From Bacteroidetes bacterium GWF2_33_38 (GTDB lineage: Bacteria > Bacteroidota > Bacteroidia > Bacteroidales > GWF2-33-38): a DNA stretch of 64,000 bases. The position numbers were made by a program, and so were the translations under genes. Below, piece after piece: positions 1-8,228 of the stretch. How positions within the stretch are numbered: position 1 is the first letter of the stretch; each line of letters starts with the position of its first letter. The stretch covers positions 8,737 to 72,736 of the forward strand of contig MEOF01000051.1 in assembly GCA_001769505.1 (NCBI GenBank), written 5' to 3'. The notes under the pieces are model-generated. The model saw only the letters and a program-made list of their open reading frames with translations. It did no database searches and had not been told where the DNA came from.

Positions 1-269
1 AAAGTTATGTATTTTTGAAAGAAGGAGACGTTTTGTCTGAAGAATACATCAAGAAGTTAGCAACAGTTGAAGAGCAAGAAGTGGCTCACCAAATTAATCG
101 ACGTACCGAGTTCCAAGTTTTACGTACCGATTACAAAGTTGCTGCTAATCCTCAAACTGAAGAAACTCCAAAATCAGATGTTCAAGAAAGAGAGGCAACT
201 CCAGACGTTAAAACTGAAACAACTGAACCTACACCATCGGAAACAGAAGGAAAAGTAGAAGAACAGTAA
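1..269 (+). CDS. OmpA-family protein, C-terminal fragment (5' end outside window)
   Basis: The frame of the listed 15..269 ORF stays open back to nt 3. It carries the OmpA C-terminal-type motif NRRTEFQVL, then a T/E/P-rich tail. Stop at 267-269. Confidence 0.6.
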   Translation, partial: SYVFLKEGDVLSEEYIKKLATVEEQEVAHQINRRTEFQVLRTDYKVAANPQTEETPKSDVQEREATPDVKTETTEPTPSETEGKVEEQ

Positions 270-289
270 GTTTGACAATATAAATTAAG

Positions 290-320
290 ACGTTTCGAAT
301 TACCTTCGAAACGTTTTTTT
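290..320 (+). terminator. Intrinsic terminator after the OmpA-like gene
   Basis: acgtttcgaa / ttcgaaacgt form a perfect 10-bp stem with a 5-nt loop, followed by a T-run. Confidence 0.8.
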
Positions 321-361
321 ATTATTAATAAATATAAAATAACCATCAGAAAAAATTACTG

Positions 362-1534
362 ATGAAAAAGGAAGACGCAAAATACAATCAACGAGGAGTT
401 TCGGCATCAAAAGAAGACGTACACAATGCAATTAAAAACATTGATAAAGGTCTTTTTCCAAAAGCTTTTTGTAAAATAATTCCTGATTATTTGACCGGAA
501 GCGAAGATTATTGCATTGTAATGCACGCCGATGGAGCAGGGACAAAATCGTCTCTTGCCTATACATATTGGAAAGAAACCGGAGACATTTCGGTTTGGAA
601 AGGAATTGCTCAAGATGCGATAGTAATGAATCTTGACGATTTGATTTGCGTTGGAGCAACCGATAATATTGTGTTGTCGTCAACTATCGGTCGAAACAAA
701 AATTTAGTTCCTGGCGATGTTATTTCAGCAATCATTAACGGAACCGAAGAAATATTATCCGATTTAAGAAAATATGGAATTAATATACATTCTTCGGGTG
801 GCGAGACTGCTGACGTGGGCGATTTAGTGCGAACAATTATTGTTGACTCAACGGTAGTATGCCGAATGAAAAAACAAGATGTTATTTCGAACGATAAAAT
901 TTCAAAAGGAGATGTTATTATTGGTATTGCTTCGTTTGGACAATCAAGCTACGAAACGTCTTATAATGGAGGAATGGGCAGTAACGGACTAACTTCAGCC
1001 CGCCACGATGTGTTTAATAAGTATCTGGCTCAAAAATATCCCGAAAGCTACGACAATAGTATAAACGAAAAACTAGTTTATTCGGGGAAATATAAGTTAA
1101 CCGATAAGGTTCAAGGAGTTGATATTGATGCAGGAAAATTAGTCTTGTCGCCAACTCGAACCTATGCACCTATAGTAAAAGAAATTTTGGCAAAATATCG
1201 TAATGATATTCACGGAATGGTTCATTGTTCGGGAGGAGCACAAACTAAAGTTTTGCATTTTATCGATAATATTCACATAATAAAAAACAACTTATTTCCA
1301 GTTCCTCCTTTGTTCAAAATGATAAAAGAAGAATCAGAAACCGATTGGAAAGAGATGTATCAAGTGTTTAATATGGGACATCGATTTGAAATTTATGTTA
1401 ACGAAAAAATCGCAAACGATATAATTGAAATAATAAAATCATTTAAGGTAGATGCCCGAATTGTTGGGCGATGTGAGGCTTATGATGGTAAAAAATTAAC
1501 AATAGAAAGTGAATTTGGGAAATTTGAATATTAA
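362..1534 (+). CDS. purM: AIR synthase (PurM)-family protein, probable phosphoribosylformylglycinamidine cyclo-ligase
   Basis: 390 aa with PurM-like motifs MHADGAGTKS and SSGGETADVGD. The N-terminus RGVSASKEDVHNAIKN is typical of the Bacteroidota long PurM form, as I remember it. Confidence 0.65.
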   Translation: MKKEDAKYNQRGVSASKEDVHNAIKNIDKGLFPKAFCKIIPDYLTGSEDYCIVMHADGAGTKSSLAYTYWKETGDISVWKGIAQDAIVMNLDDLICVGATDNIVLSSTIGRNKNLVPGDVISAIINGTEEILSDLRKYGINIHSSGGETADVGDLVRTIIVDSTVVCRMKKQDVISNDKISKGDVIIGIASFGQSSYETSYNGGMGSNGLTSARHDVFNKYLAQKYPESYDNSINEKLVYSGKYKLTDKVQGVDIDAGKLVLSPTRTYAPIVKEILAKYRNDIHGMVHCSGGAQTKVLHFIDNIHIIKNNLFPVPPLFKMIKEESETDWKEMYQVFNMGHRFEIYVNEKIANDIIEIIKSFKVDARIVGRCEAYDGKKLTIESEFGKFEY

Positions 1535-1547
1535 TAAATAAAGCCTT

Positions 1548-1601
1548 AAACTTTACTAACTTGATGGACTTTACAAACTTTACGAACTTTACGAACTTTT
1601 A
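1548..1601 (+). repeat. Six tandem 9-bp units (aaactttac taacttgat ggactttac aaactttac gaactttac gaactttta)
   Basis: Read directly. The period is exactly 9 nt and the array ends 14 nt before the prfA ATG. Confidence 0.9.
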
Positions 1602-1614
1602 ACTAATAATATAT

Positions 1615-2700
1615 ATGGCTAATAATTTAATTCTAGAAAAACTGGTCGGTGTAAAAAGACGATTCGAAGAAGTTGGTCAGCTTATTACTCAGCCCGATAT
1701 TCTATCCGACATGAAGAGGTATGTGAAGCTTAATAAAGAATTTAAAGAGCTTGAGCCCATTATTCATAAATACGATGAATATTTAAATGTATTGAGCAAT
1801 ATTGATACCGCTAAAGAAATTCTTGCCACAGAAAAAGATGAAGAAATGAGAGAAATGGCAAAAATGGAATTGGATGAACTAAATGGACGAGTTGACCCGA
1901 TTGAAGAAGAAATAAAACTGCTACTTATTCCATCTGATCCTGAAGATGATAAAAACGCAGTTCTTGAAATTAGAGCCGGCTCAGGTGGTGATGAAGCCAG
2001 TATTTTTGCCGGAGACTTACTGCGTTTATATACAAAATTCGTTGAGTCTAAAGGCTGGAGTATGGAAATTACATCTTTTACTGAAGGAACCCAAGGCGGA
2101 TTTAAAGAAATTGTTGCAAACGTAAAAGGCAATGGTGTTTATGGTATTATGAAATATGAATCTGGAGTACATCGCGTTCAGCGAGTTCCACAAACAGAAA
2201 CGCAAGGTCGTGTTCACACATCGGCAGCTTCAATTGCTATACTTCCCGAAGCCGATGAATTTGACGTTGACCTTAGAAACGAGGATATTCGACGAGACGA
2301 ATACTGCTCATCAGGTCCGGGTGGACAATCGGTTAATACAACCTACTCAGCAATTCGATTGACGCACATTCCAACAGGAATTGTAGTAACTTGTCAAGAC
2401 CAAAAATCGAAATTAAAAAATCTTGATAAGGCAATGATTGAGCTTCGTACTAGGCTTTATAATCTTGAGTATCAGAAATATTTGGATAAAATTTCGGCAA
2501 AACGAAAAACAATGATTTCAACTGGAGACCGTTCTGCGAAAATTCGCACTTACAATTATCCTCAGGGGCGAATTACAGATCATAGAGTTGGAGTAACAAT
2601 TTATAATTTGCCATCGTTTATGGACGGAAATATTCAGGAGCTGATTAACCAGCTTCAAATGGCTGAAAACGCTGAAAGATTGAAAGAAAGTATCATTTAA
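1615..2700 (+). CDS. prfA: Peptide chain release factor 1
   Basis: 361 aa with the GGQ motif (SGPGGQSVNTT) and an RF1-type PxT tripeptide context (RVPQTETQGRVHTS). Confidence 0.95.
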   Translation: MANNLILEKLVGVKRRFEEVGQLITQPDILSDMKRYVKLNKEFKELEPIIHKYDEYLNVLSNIDTAKEILATEKDEEMREMAKMELDELNGRVDPIEEEIKLLLIPSDPEDDKNAVLEIRAGSGGDEASIFAGDLLRLYTKFVESKGWSMEITSFTEGTQGGFKEIVANVKGNGVYGIMKYESGVHRVQRVPQTETQGRVHTSAASIAILPEADEFDVDLRNEDIRRDEYCSSGPGGQSVNTTYSAIRLTHIPTGIVVTCQDQKSKLKNLDKAMIELRTRLYNLEYQKYLDKISAKRKTMISTGDRSAKIRTYNYPQGRITDHRVGVTIYNLPSFMDGNIQELINQLQMAENAERLKESII

Positions 2701-2740
2701 AAGTTAGTAAAGTTGAAAGTTCATAACGTTTAAAGTAAAA
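2701..2740 (-). repeat. Degenerate inverted copy of the ACTTTAC-type short tandem repeat
   Basis: aagttagtaaagttgaaagttcataacgtttaaagtaaaa reads as GTAAAGT-type units, the reverse complement of ACTTTAC. It lies between prfA and pyrF. Confidence 0.5.
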
Positions 2741-2746
2741 AAAGAA

Positions 2747-3574
2747 ATGACAAGAACCGAATTATTTGAAAATATTAAGAAAAAGGGTAGCTTTTTATGT
2801 GTAGGTTTAGACTCTAGTTTGGATAAAATTCCTGCATTTTTGAAAAAATACGATGACCCTATTTTTGAATTTAACAAAGCAATTGTTGATGCTACATACG
2901 ATTTAACGATTTCGTATAAGCCAAATTTAGCTTTTTATGAGTCGATGGGGATTAAAGGAATGATAAGTTTAGAAAAAACAGCGAATTATATAAAGAAAAC
3001 ATATCCCGAATTATTTTTAATTGCTGACGCAAAACGTGGTGATATTGGAAATACTTCGAGCATGTATGCAAAAGCGGTGTTCGAACACATGTGTTTTGAT
3101 GCAGTTACCGTTGCTCCATACATGGGAGAAGACTCGGTAAGCCCGTTTTTACAATACAAAGATAAGTGGGTAATTTTATTAGCTTTAACATCAAATAATG
3201 GAGCTTTCGATTTTCAATTTATGGAAGATAAATCAGGAGAAAAACTATTTGAAAAGGTAATTAAAACTTCACAAAAGTGGGCAAATCAAGAAAATATGAT
3301 GTATGTAGTTGGAGCCACAAAGAGTGAAATGCTTACAGATATTCGAAAACTTATTCCAAATCATTTTTTGCTAGTTCCTGGAGTTGGAGCACAGGGAGGA
3401 AGCTTAGAAGAATCAGCAAAGTTTGGAATGAACGATACTTGTGGACTTATTGTAAACTCTTCACGAGGAATTATTTATGCTGATAACACCGAAAAATTTG
3501 CCGAAGTTGCTCGTGAAAAGGCAATTGAAGTTCAATTGGAGATGAAAGATTTGTTGAAAGGGAAAGGTGTTTAG
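2747..3574 (+). CDS. pyrF: Orotidine 5'-phosphate decarboxylase (type 2)
   Basis: 275 aa with the catalytic [10 protein letters not shown] motif. Length is typical of the long ODCase class. Confidence 0.9.
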   Translation: MTRTELFENIKKKGSFLCVGLDSSLDKIPAFLKKYDDPIFEFNKAIVDATYDLTISYKPNLAFYESMGIKGMISLEKTANYIKKTYPELFLIADAKRGDIGNTSSMYAKAVFEHMCFDAVTVAPYMGEDSVSPFLQYKDKWVILLALTSNNGAFDFQFMEDKSGEKLFEKVIKTSQKWANQENMMYVVGATKSEMLTDIRKLIPNHFLLVPGVGAQGGSLEESAKFGMNDTCGLIVNSSRGIIYADNTEKFAEVAREKAIEVQLEMKDLLKGKGV

Positions 3575-3579
3575 ATACC

Positions 3580-3613
3580 AAACCTCCAAGGCTTAGGAAA
3601 ACCTTGGAGGTTT
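3580..3613. terminator. Long perfect hairpin after pyrF (probable terminator, no T-run)
   Basis: aaacctccaagg / ccttggaggttt form a 12-bp stem with a 10-nt loop (cttaggaaaa). Confidence 0.55.
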
Positions 3614-3618
3614 AAAGA

Positions 3619-3662
3619 ATGAAACTTTAACCTTTTATATGACCGAAAAATTTCTGCAATTT
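3619..3662 (+). repeat. Direct-repeat copy A: duplicate of the DUF2851 gene start region (decoy ATG at 3639)
   Basis: atgaccgaaaaatttctgcaattt (3639-3662) matches 4465-4488 at 21/24 nt. Upstream, atgaaactttaac matches 4439-4451 at 11/13 nt. The decoy ORF 3639-3695 encodes only MTEKFLQFLPLCGVFTAQ. Confidence 0.8.
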
Positions 3663-3664
3663 TT

Positions 3665-3730
3665 GCCTTTGTGTGGTGTTTTCACCGCACAATAAATCTG
3701 TCAAGTGAAAACACATGACAAATGTGAGGC
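3665..3730 (+). repeat. Twin-hairpin element, copy 1
   Basis: GCCT, then hairpin tgtgtggtg-tttt-caccgcaca, then hairpin tgtcaagtg-aaaa-cacatgaca, then AGGC. It is collinear with copy 2 at 10278-10338. Confidence 0.8.
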
Positions 3731-3917
3731 ATATTGCGTTAGATTTAAATTTAAGCGATTTTTTTGATTTTTATTATCTATATAAAATATATTGTGACTT
3801 ATCGTGTATACTTATTCTATTGATTAACAAATCATTGTGCGATTAAAGTTGTTTATCATGTACATGTGAAATTTAAATTAGTATAATAAAATAACTATTT
3901 TTACAGCAAATATTAAT

Positions 3918-4235
3918 ATGAGTAAGATGGAAAAAATATTTAAAAAAAATGAGATTGATTTTTATAAGAATAAGATAAGTATTCAATTTAATGAAGAATC
4001 TGGTTATAATATTTGCAATAAAGATTTGAATAAAAAAGTTATTGTAGAATGTTATTATGATAATAATAGATTTAAAGGAGAAACTGTTCAGCGATTAATG
4101 AAAGGTAATAATCCAAATAGCAAAAGTATTGCTATTTCTTTTGAGCATTCAAAAATTACAGAATTATTAAAAGTTCGTGTAACAATAAAGGAGAAAGAAG
4201 ATTTAGAACGCTTTTTAGAAATAGTACTTTTTTAG
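3918..4235 (+). CDS. Hypothetical protein (orphan, very AT-rich, K/N/E-rich)
   Basis: 105-aa ORF with no motif I recognise. It lies inside the repeat-flanked insertion 3663-4464 and is followed by a hairpin. Confidence 0.45.
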   Translation: MSKMEKIFKKNEIDFYKNKISIQFNEESGYNICNKDLNKKVIVECYYDNNRFKGETVQRLMKGNNPNSKSIAISFEHSKITELLKVRVTIKEKEDLERFLEIVLF

Positions 4236-4262
4236 AATCAATAATAAATTCAAGCTTCCCAA

Positions 4263-4280
4263 CCTCCTTTTCAAAGGAGG
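4263..4280 (+). terminator. Hairpin after the 105-aa ORF
   Basis: cctccttt / aaaggagg are perfect inverted repeats with a minimal loop. Confidence 0.4.
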
Positions 4281-4289
4281 AACTGTAAA

Positions 4290-4306
4290 GTGAAAACACA
4301 AGGCAG
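4290..4306 (+). repeat. Truncated third copy of the twin-hairpin element (3' part only)
   Basis: gtgaaaacac-a-aggcag retains the GTGAAAACAC core and the closing AGGCA of copies 1 and 2. Confidence 0.5.
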
Positions 4307-4412
4307 AAAAAGAAACTTTTGCTTTAGAATGGGAGATGTATACGATAGAGACAAGGAATAATTAACTTTTTATATTTCTATTCCTTTCTAATTACTATTT
4401 GCTAGTAACTAA

Positions 4413-4460
4413 TAACTTTATTTACTTTACAAAACTTTATGAACTTTTAACTTTAAACTT
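4413..4460 (+). repeat. Degenerate ACTTTAC-type short tandem repeat array
   Basis: taactttat ttactttac aaaactttat gaactttta actttaaac. ACTTT cores are spaced 9, 10, 9, 7 and 7 nt. The array ends 5 nt before the ATG at 4465. Confidence 0.7.
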
Positions 4461-4488
4461 CCCTATGACCGAAGATTTTTTGCAATTT
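4439..4488 (+). repeat. Direct-repeat copy B (authentic DUF2851 start region)
   Basis: See copy A. The two repeats bound an 826-bp interval (3639 to 4465). Confidence 0.8.
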
Positions 4489-5733
4489 ATCTGGAAAAAT
4501 AAGCTGTTCAGTCTTGAAAATACAGTTGCAGAAACAGGTGAGAAAATTCAGATAATTTCAGTTGGAGAGCAAAACTTAGATTCTGGTCCCGATTTTTTTA
4601 ATGCCAAAATTAAAATTGACGACACTATTTGGGCAGGAAATGTTGAAGTTCACGTAAATTCATCGGATTGGAATCTTCACAAGCACTCACAAGACAAAGC
4701 ATATGGAAATGTTGTTTTGCATGTTGTTTACAATTATGACAAAGAAATACTGCAATTTAATAACGAAAAGCTAACTACATTTAAGCTCAAATTTGATGAT
4801 ATTTTCTATGAAAAATACGACGAATTTAAAAATGATAAAAGCAGCATACATTGTCGCGACGATTTCAAAAAGGTAGATTCGTTTATTCTCGAAAATTGGA
4901 TTACTCGACTTGTTGTTGAAAGGCTCGAACGTAAAACTGCAGACATAAATTTATTGCTCGAAAAGAGTAAAAACAATTGGGAAGAAATATTTTATCAAGT
5001 TATTGGAAGAAGTTTCGGATTTAAAATCAATAGTTTTCCATTTGAACAATTGACTTCCTCGATTCCGATAAATATATTGGCGAAACACAAAAATAATTTA
5101 TTCCAAATCGAAGCCTTACTTTTTGGTCAAGCTGGCTTTTTAGATGAAGAAATATTGGACGAATATTACTTTAAATTGAAAAAGGAATACCTTTTTTTGA
5201 AAAGCAAGTACAAGTTAACGCCTATTCAGAAGCATTTGTGGCGATTTATGCGAACCCGCCCTGCAAATTTTCCAACCATTAGAATTGCACAATTTGCAAA
5301 ACTAATTTTTCAATCTTCGAAAATATTATCAAAAATAATTGAAACAAATACAACCGATGAATTAAAAACATTTTTCGATGTTGATACTTCCGATTATTGG
5401 AAAACGCATTTTAATTTCGGAAAAGAATCATACGCAAAAGACAAAGCAATTGGCGAATCTTCGGTTAATTCAATAATAATAAATACTATTGTACCTTTTA
5501 TGTTTATTTATGGTAAACATAAAGACGATGAAAGTATTCAACAACGAGCATTATCAATATTAACTGAAATTTTACCCGAAAAAAACGCAATAATTACCGA
5601 ATGGAAACAATCAGGTGCTAAAGTAAAAAATGCATTTTATTCGCAAGCATATATACAATTATCAAACGAATATTGTAGATTTAATAAATGTTTAAACTGT
5701 CAAATAGGAAATAGTATAATTCGAAATGTTTAA
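4465..5733 (+). CDS. DUF2851 family protein
   Basis: The N-terminus MTEDFLQFIWKNKLF matches my memory of the DUF2851 start. I prefer ATG 4465 to the listed TTG 4399, whose extra residues are translated 9-mer repeat. Confidence 0.7.
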   Translation: MTEDFLQFIWKNKLFSLENTVAETGEKIQIISVGEQNLDSGPDFFNAKIKIDDTIWAGNVEVHVNSSDWNLHKHSQDKAYGNVVLHVVYNYDKEILQFNNEKLTTFKLKFDDIFYEKYDEFKNDKSSIHCRDDFKKVDSFILENWITRLVVERLERKTADINLLLEKSKNNWEEIFYQVIGRSFGFKINSFPFEQLTSSIPINILAKHKNNLFQIEALLFGQAGFLDEEILDEYYFKLKKEYLFLKSKYKLTPIQKHLWRFMRTRPANFPTIRIAQFAKLIFQSSKILSKIIETNTTDELKTFFDVDTSDYWKTHFNFGKESYAKDKAIGESSVNSIIINTIVPFMFIYGKHKDDESIQQRALSILTEILPEKNAIITEWKQSGAKVKNAFYSQAYIQLSNEYCRFNKCLNCQIGNSIIRNV

Positions 5734-6757
5734 TCCAAAATCGAAATATAATAACATTACATCGGCTTATTTAGCGATGGCATTCCTTATCATGATGATT
5801 ATTATTGGTGTTTCGGGCTATGTTTTTATTGAAGGATATTCGTTTAGCGATGCCCTGTTTATGACAATTATTACAATTTCTACGGTCGGTTTTCGCGAAG
5901 TTCAACCCTTGACCGAACCTGGAAAGATTTTTACCATTTTTTTAATTATATTTAGTTTTGGTATTTTCGCTTATGCAGTATCAACCTTTACTCGATATGT
6001 TGTTGATGGTGTTTTTCATAACTTTTTTAAAATAAATAAAGTGAGAAGAAAAATTGATAAAGTAAAAGACCATGTTGTAATTTGCGGATATGGTCGAAAT
6101 GGAAAGCAAGCAGCGATGGAATTGCTCGACCATAATGTTCCGGTTGTAATTATTGAGAACAAAGACGAAGAAATTGAAAAAATTATCGAAGACAATCGGC
6201 TTCTTTTTATACAAGGCGATGCAACACGAGACGAAGTTTTATTATCAGCTCATATTGATAAAGCAAAAGCGTTGATTACAACATTGCCTAATGATGCTGA
6301 CAATTTGTTTGTTGTGTTAAGTACAAAAGAAGTTAATCCAAATCTTAAAATCATAAGTCGTGCATCTGACGATAATTCAGATATAAAATTAAAACGAGCT
6401 GGAGCGACAAATGTAATTATGCCTGATAAAATAGGAGGTCAGCGAATGGCTAAGCTAGTTGCTCGACCAAATATCATTGAGTTTGTTGAATTTATTGTTC
6501 TTCAACGAAGTAAAGATGTGTATTTGGAGGAAATTTCATGCGAAAAAATGGCCGATTGTTTTGTCAATAAATCAATTCGAGAATTAGACGTAAGAAATGT
6601 ATCGGGAGCGAATATTGTCGGACTTCGAAATAAAATAGGAGAGTACATCATAAACCCGTCTCCCGAGGTTGTGGTAACACCAAAAGACACATTATTTGTG
6701 CTAGGAAACAGCGATCAAATAACAAAATTGAGCGAAACCCTTAAAAAAAACAAATAG
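5726..6757 (+). CDS. Two-TM K+-channel homolog with RCK (TrkA-N/TrkA-C) domains and a non-canonical filter
   Basis: Pore region FMTIITISTVGFREV, Rossmann motif VVICGYGRNGKQ, and a C-terminal TrkA-C-like region. It overlaps the upstream stop by 8 nt. Confidence 0.8.
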   Translation: MFNPKSKYNNITSAYLAMAFLIMMIIIGVSGYVFIEGYSFSDALFMTIITISTVGFREVQPLTEPGKIFTIFLIIFSFGIFAYAVSTFTRYVVDGVFHNFFKINKVRRKIDKVKDHVVICGYGRNGKQAAMELLDHNVPVVIIENKDEEIEKIIEDNRLLFIQGDATRDEVLLSAHIDKAKALITTLPNDADNLFVVLSTKEVNPNLKIISRASDDNSDIKLKRAGATNVIMPDKIGGQRMAKLVARPNIIEFVEFIVLQRSKDVYLEEISCEKMADCFVNKSIRELDVRNVSGANIVGLRNKIGEYIINPSPEVVVTPKDTLFVLGNSDQITKLSETLKKNK

Positions 6758-6760
6758 AAA

Positions 6761-7678
6761 ATGCAGTCGGTACTCGTTCTCGGAAGCAATAGCTTAATTG
6801 GGCAAAAGTTAATTAAATTGCTTGCGTTGAACGACGATTTTTATGTCATCGCAACCTCTAAAACAAGAAATAAAATTTCGGAGGAATGTAATTGTATTTT
6901 CGAATTTGTCGATGTTACACGTTCTATTGAATTGGTGATGTTGTTCGAAAAATATAATCCTGATATAGTTGTAAATTTAGTAGCAAAAGCTTCGCCCGAT
7001 TGGTGTGAAGAAAATAAGGTTGAATGTTGGGATACCAATGTAAATGCTGTCGAAAACATTGTTCAACTAGCCAATCAATTCGAGTCGCATTTAATACATT
7101 ATTCTACTGATTTTATTTTTGATGGAATTATGGGAAATTACTTTGAGGAAGATATTCCAAATCCGCAAAATTATTATGGATTGTCAAAAATGGAATCGGA
7201 AAATATTCTTATTCGAAATTCAAAAAAATGGACAATAATTAGAACGGCTTTGGTTTATGGATATGAGCCTGAAATTTCACGAACAAATATTGTTTTATCG
7301 GTAAAAAAGAATTTAGAAGAAGGGAAAAAAATACATTTCGCTCAAGACCAATTTCGTACTCCAACGTTTGCCGATGATATTGCCCAGGCTTGTGTGCAGA
7401 TTATTAAAAATCAGAAGCTGGGGATTTATCATATTTCGGGAAACGAGTATATGAGTGTGTACGAAATGACAAAAATAGTAGCTGAATATTTCGCATTGGA
7501 TTCGAGACTAATAATTCCTATAAACACAGTCGATTTGAATGAAAAAGCAAAACGTCCATTTCGTACAGGCATGAAAACTGACAAGGCATACAATGAAATT
7601 GGCTTTTCTCCCATTCCAATTACAGAAGCACTCAAAATAATTAAAAATCAAATGAATCGTTATGGAAAACAGGATTAA
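6761..7678 (+). CDS. SDR-family NAD(P)-dependent reductase, RmlD (dTDP-4-dehydrorhamnose reductase)-like
   Basis: 305 aa with an N-terminal VLGSNSLIGQ nucleotide-binding loop and a YGLSK catalytic YxxxK. No other rml genes are nearby. Confidence 0.6.
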   Translation: MQSVLVLGSNSLIGQKLIKLLALNDDFYVIATSKTRNKISEECNCIFEFVDVTRSIELVMLFEKYNPDIVVNLVAKASPDWCEENKVECWDTNVNAVENIVQLANQFESHLIHYSTDFIFDGIMGNYFEEDIPNPQNYYGLSKMESENILIRNSKKWTIIRTALVYGYEPEISRTNIVLSVKKNLEEGKKIHFAQDQFRTPTFADDIAQACVQIIKNQKLGIYHISGNEYMSVYEMTKIVAEYFALDSRLIIPINTVDLNEKAKRPFRTGMKTDKAYNEIGFSPIPITEALKIIKNQMNRYGKQD

Positions 7679-8165
7679 AAATTTTCTTTTAAAAAAAATT
7701 ACAAGACTATTATTTCTTTTTTTGATAGCTACAATGTTTTTCTTTTCATCGTGTACCGTTCAAGATGTTGAGGTTGGCGAAATACAAGGAATTAAAGTTA
7801 ATGAACTTACAACAAAATCGGTTGAATTAGATTTGCAGATTCCAATTAATAACAAAAATAATTTTAGTTTTAAAATTAAAAAAGTGAATCTTGAAATTGA
7901 ATTAAATGGAAGCGTATTAGGAACTATAACTGAAGCTAGAAATGTTAAAATTCCTGCAAATTCAAACGAAACACATCACTTTTATTTGAATGTAGATATG
8001 TCGAAAGTTGTTTCGGGCTCTATAAATGTTCTTGCATCATTAATGAGTAAACAAAAAACAGGAGTTAAGATAAAAGGCTACATCAAGGCAAAAGCTTTTA
8101 TGGTTAGTGAAAAAATATATATAGAAGAAAATAGACCGATTAATATATTTAAGGGCATGAAGTAA
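7662..8165 (+). CDS. LEA type-2 (NDR1/HIN1-like) family lipoprotein
   Basis: Lipobox FFSSC and an alternating beta pattern (VELDLQIPINNKNNFSFKIKKVNLEIELNG). Confidence 0.5.
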   Translation: MENRIKNFLLKKITRLLFLFLIATMFFFSSCTVQDVEVGEIQGIKVNELTTKSVELDLQIPINNKNNFSFKIKKVNLEIELNGSVLGTITEARNVKIPANSNETHHFYLNVDMSKVVSGSINVLASLMSKQKTGVKIKGYIKAKAFMVSEKIYIEENRPINIFKGMK

Positions 8166-8228
8166 ATTTATACTTTGAAAGTTTGAAATTATTTTATTAA
8201 ATTTGAAAAAAGATAAAAAAACAAAATC

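Noticed and set aside
67-258. An alternate-frame 63-aa ORF overlapping the OmpA-like tail.
   Set aside because: The OmpA-type motif NRRTEFQVL is in the other frame, which also stays open to the window edge.
1548-1601. I asked whether the 9-bp tandem arrays (also at 4413-4460 and 41369-41431) are CRISPR arrays.
   Set aside because: The units are contiguous 9-mers with no spacers, far shorter than CRISPR repeats, and no cas genes are present.
1764-2132. A 122-aa minus-strand ORF inside prfA. Similar antisense or alternate-frame ORFs occur at 407-683, 5981-6214, 11555-11952, 14051-14302, 14581-15330, 29876-31718, 34167-34816, 52305-52716 and elsewhere.
   Set aside because: All are embedded in genes with clear family motifs on the other strand or frame. 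Their compositions are low-complexity shadows.
4399-4464. The listed TTG-initiated N-terminal extension of the DUF2851 ORF (MLVTNNFIYFTKLYELLTLNFP).
   Set aside because: The extension is simply the translated 9-mer repeat array. The family-typical N-terminus MTEDFLQFIWKNKLF begins at ATG 4465.
6761-7678. I considered whether the RmlD-like reductase indicates a rhamnose or O-antigen locus.
   Set aside because: No rmlA, rmlB or rmlC genes, flippase or polymerase are nearby, so it is an isolated SDR-family gene.
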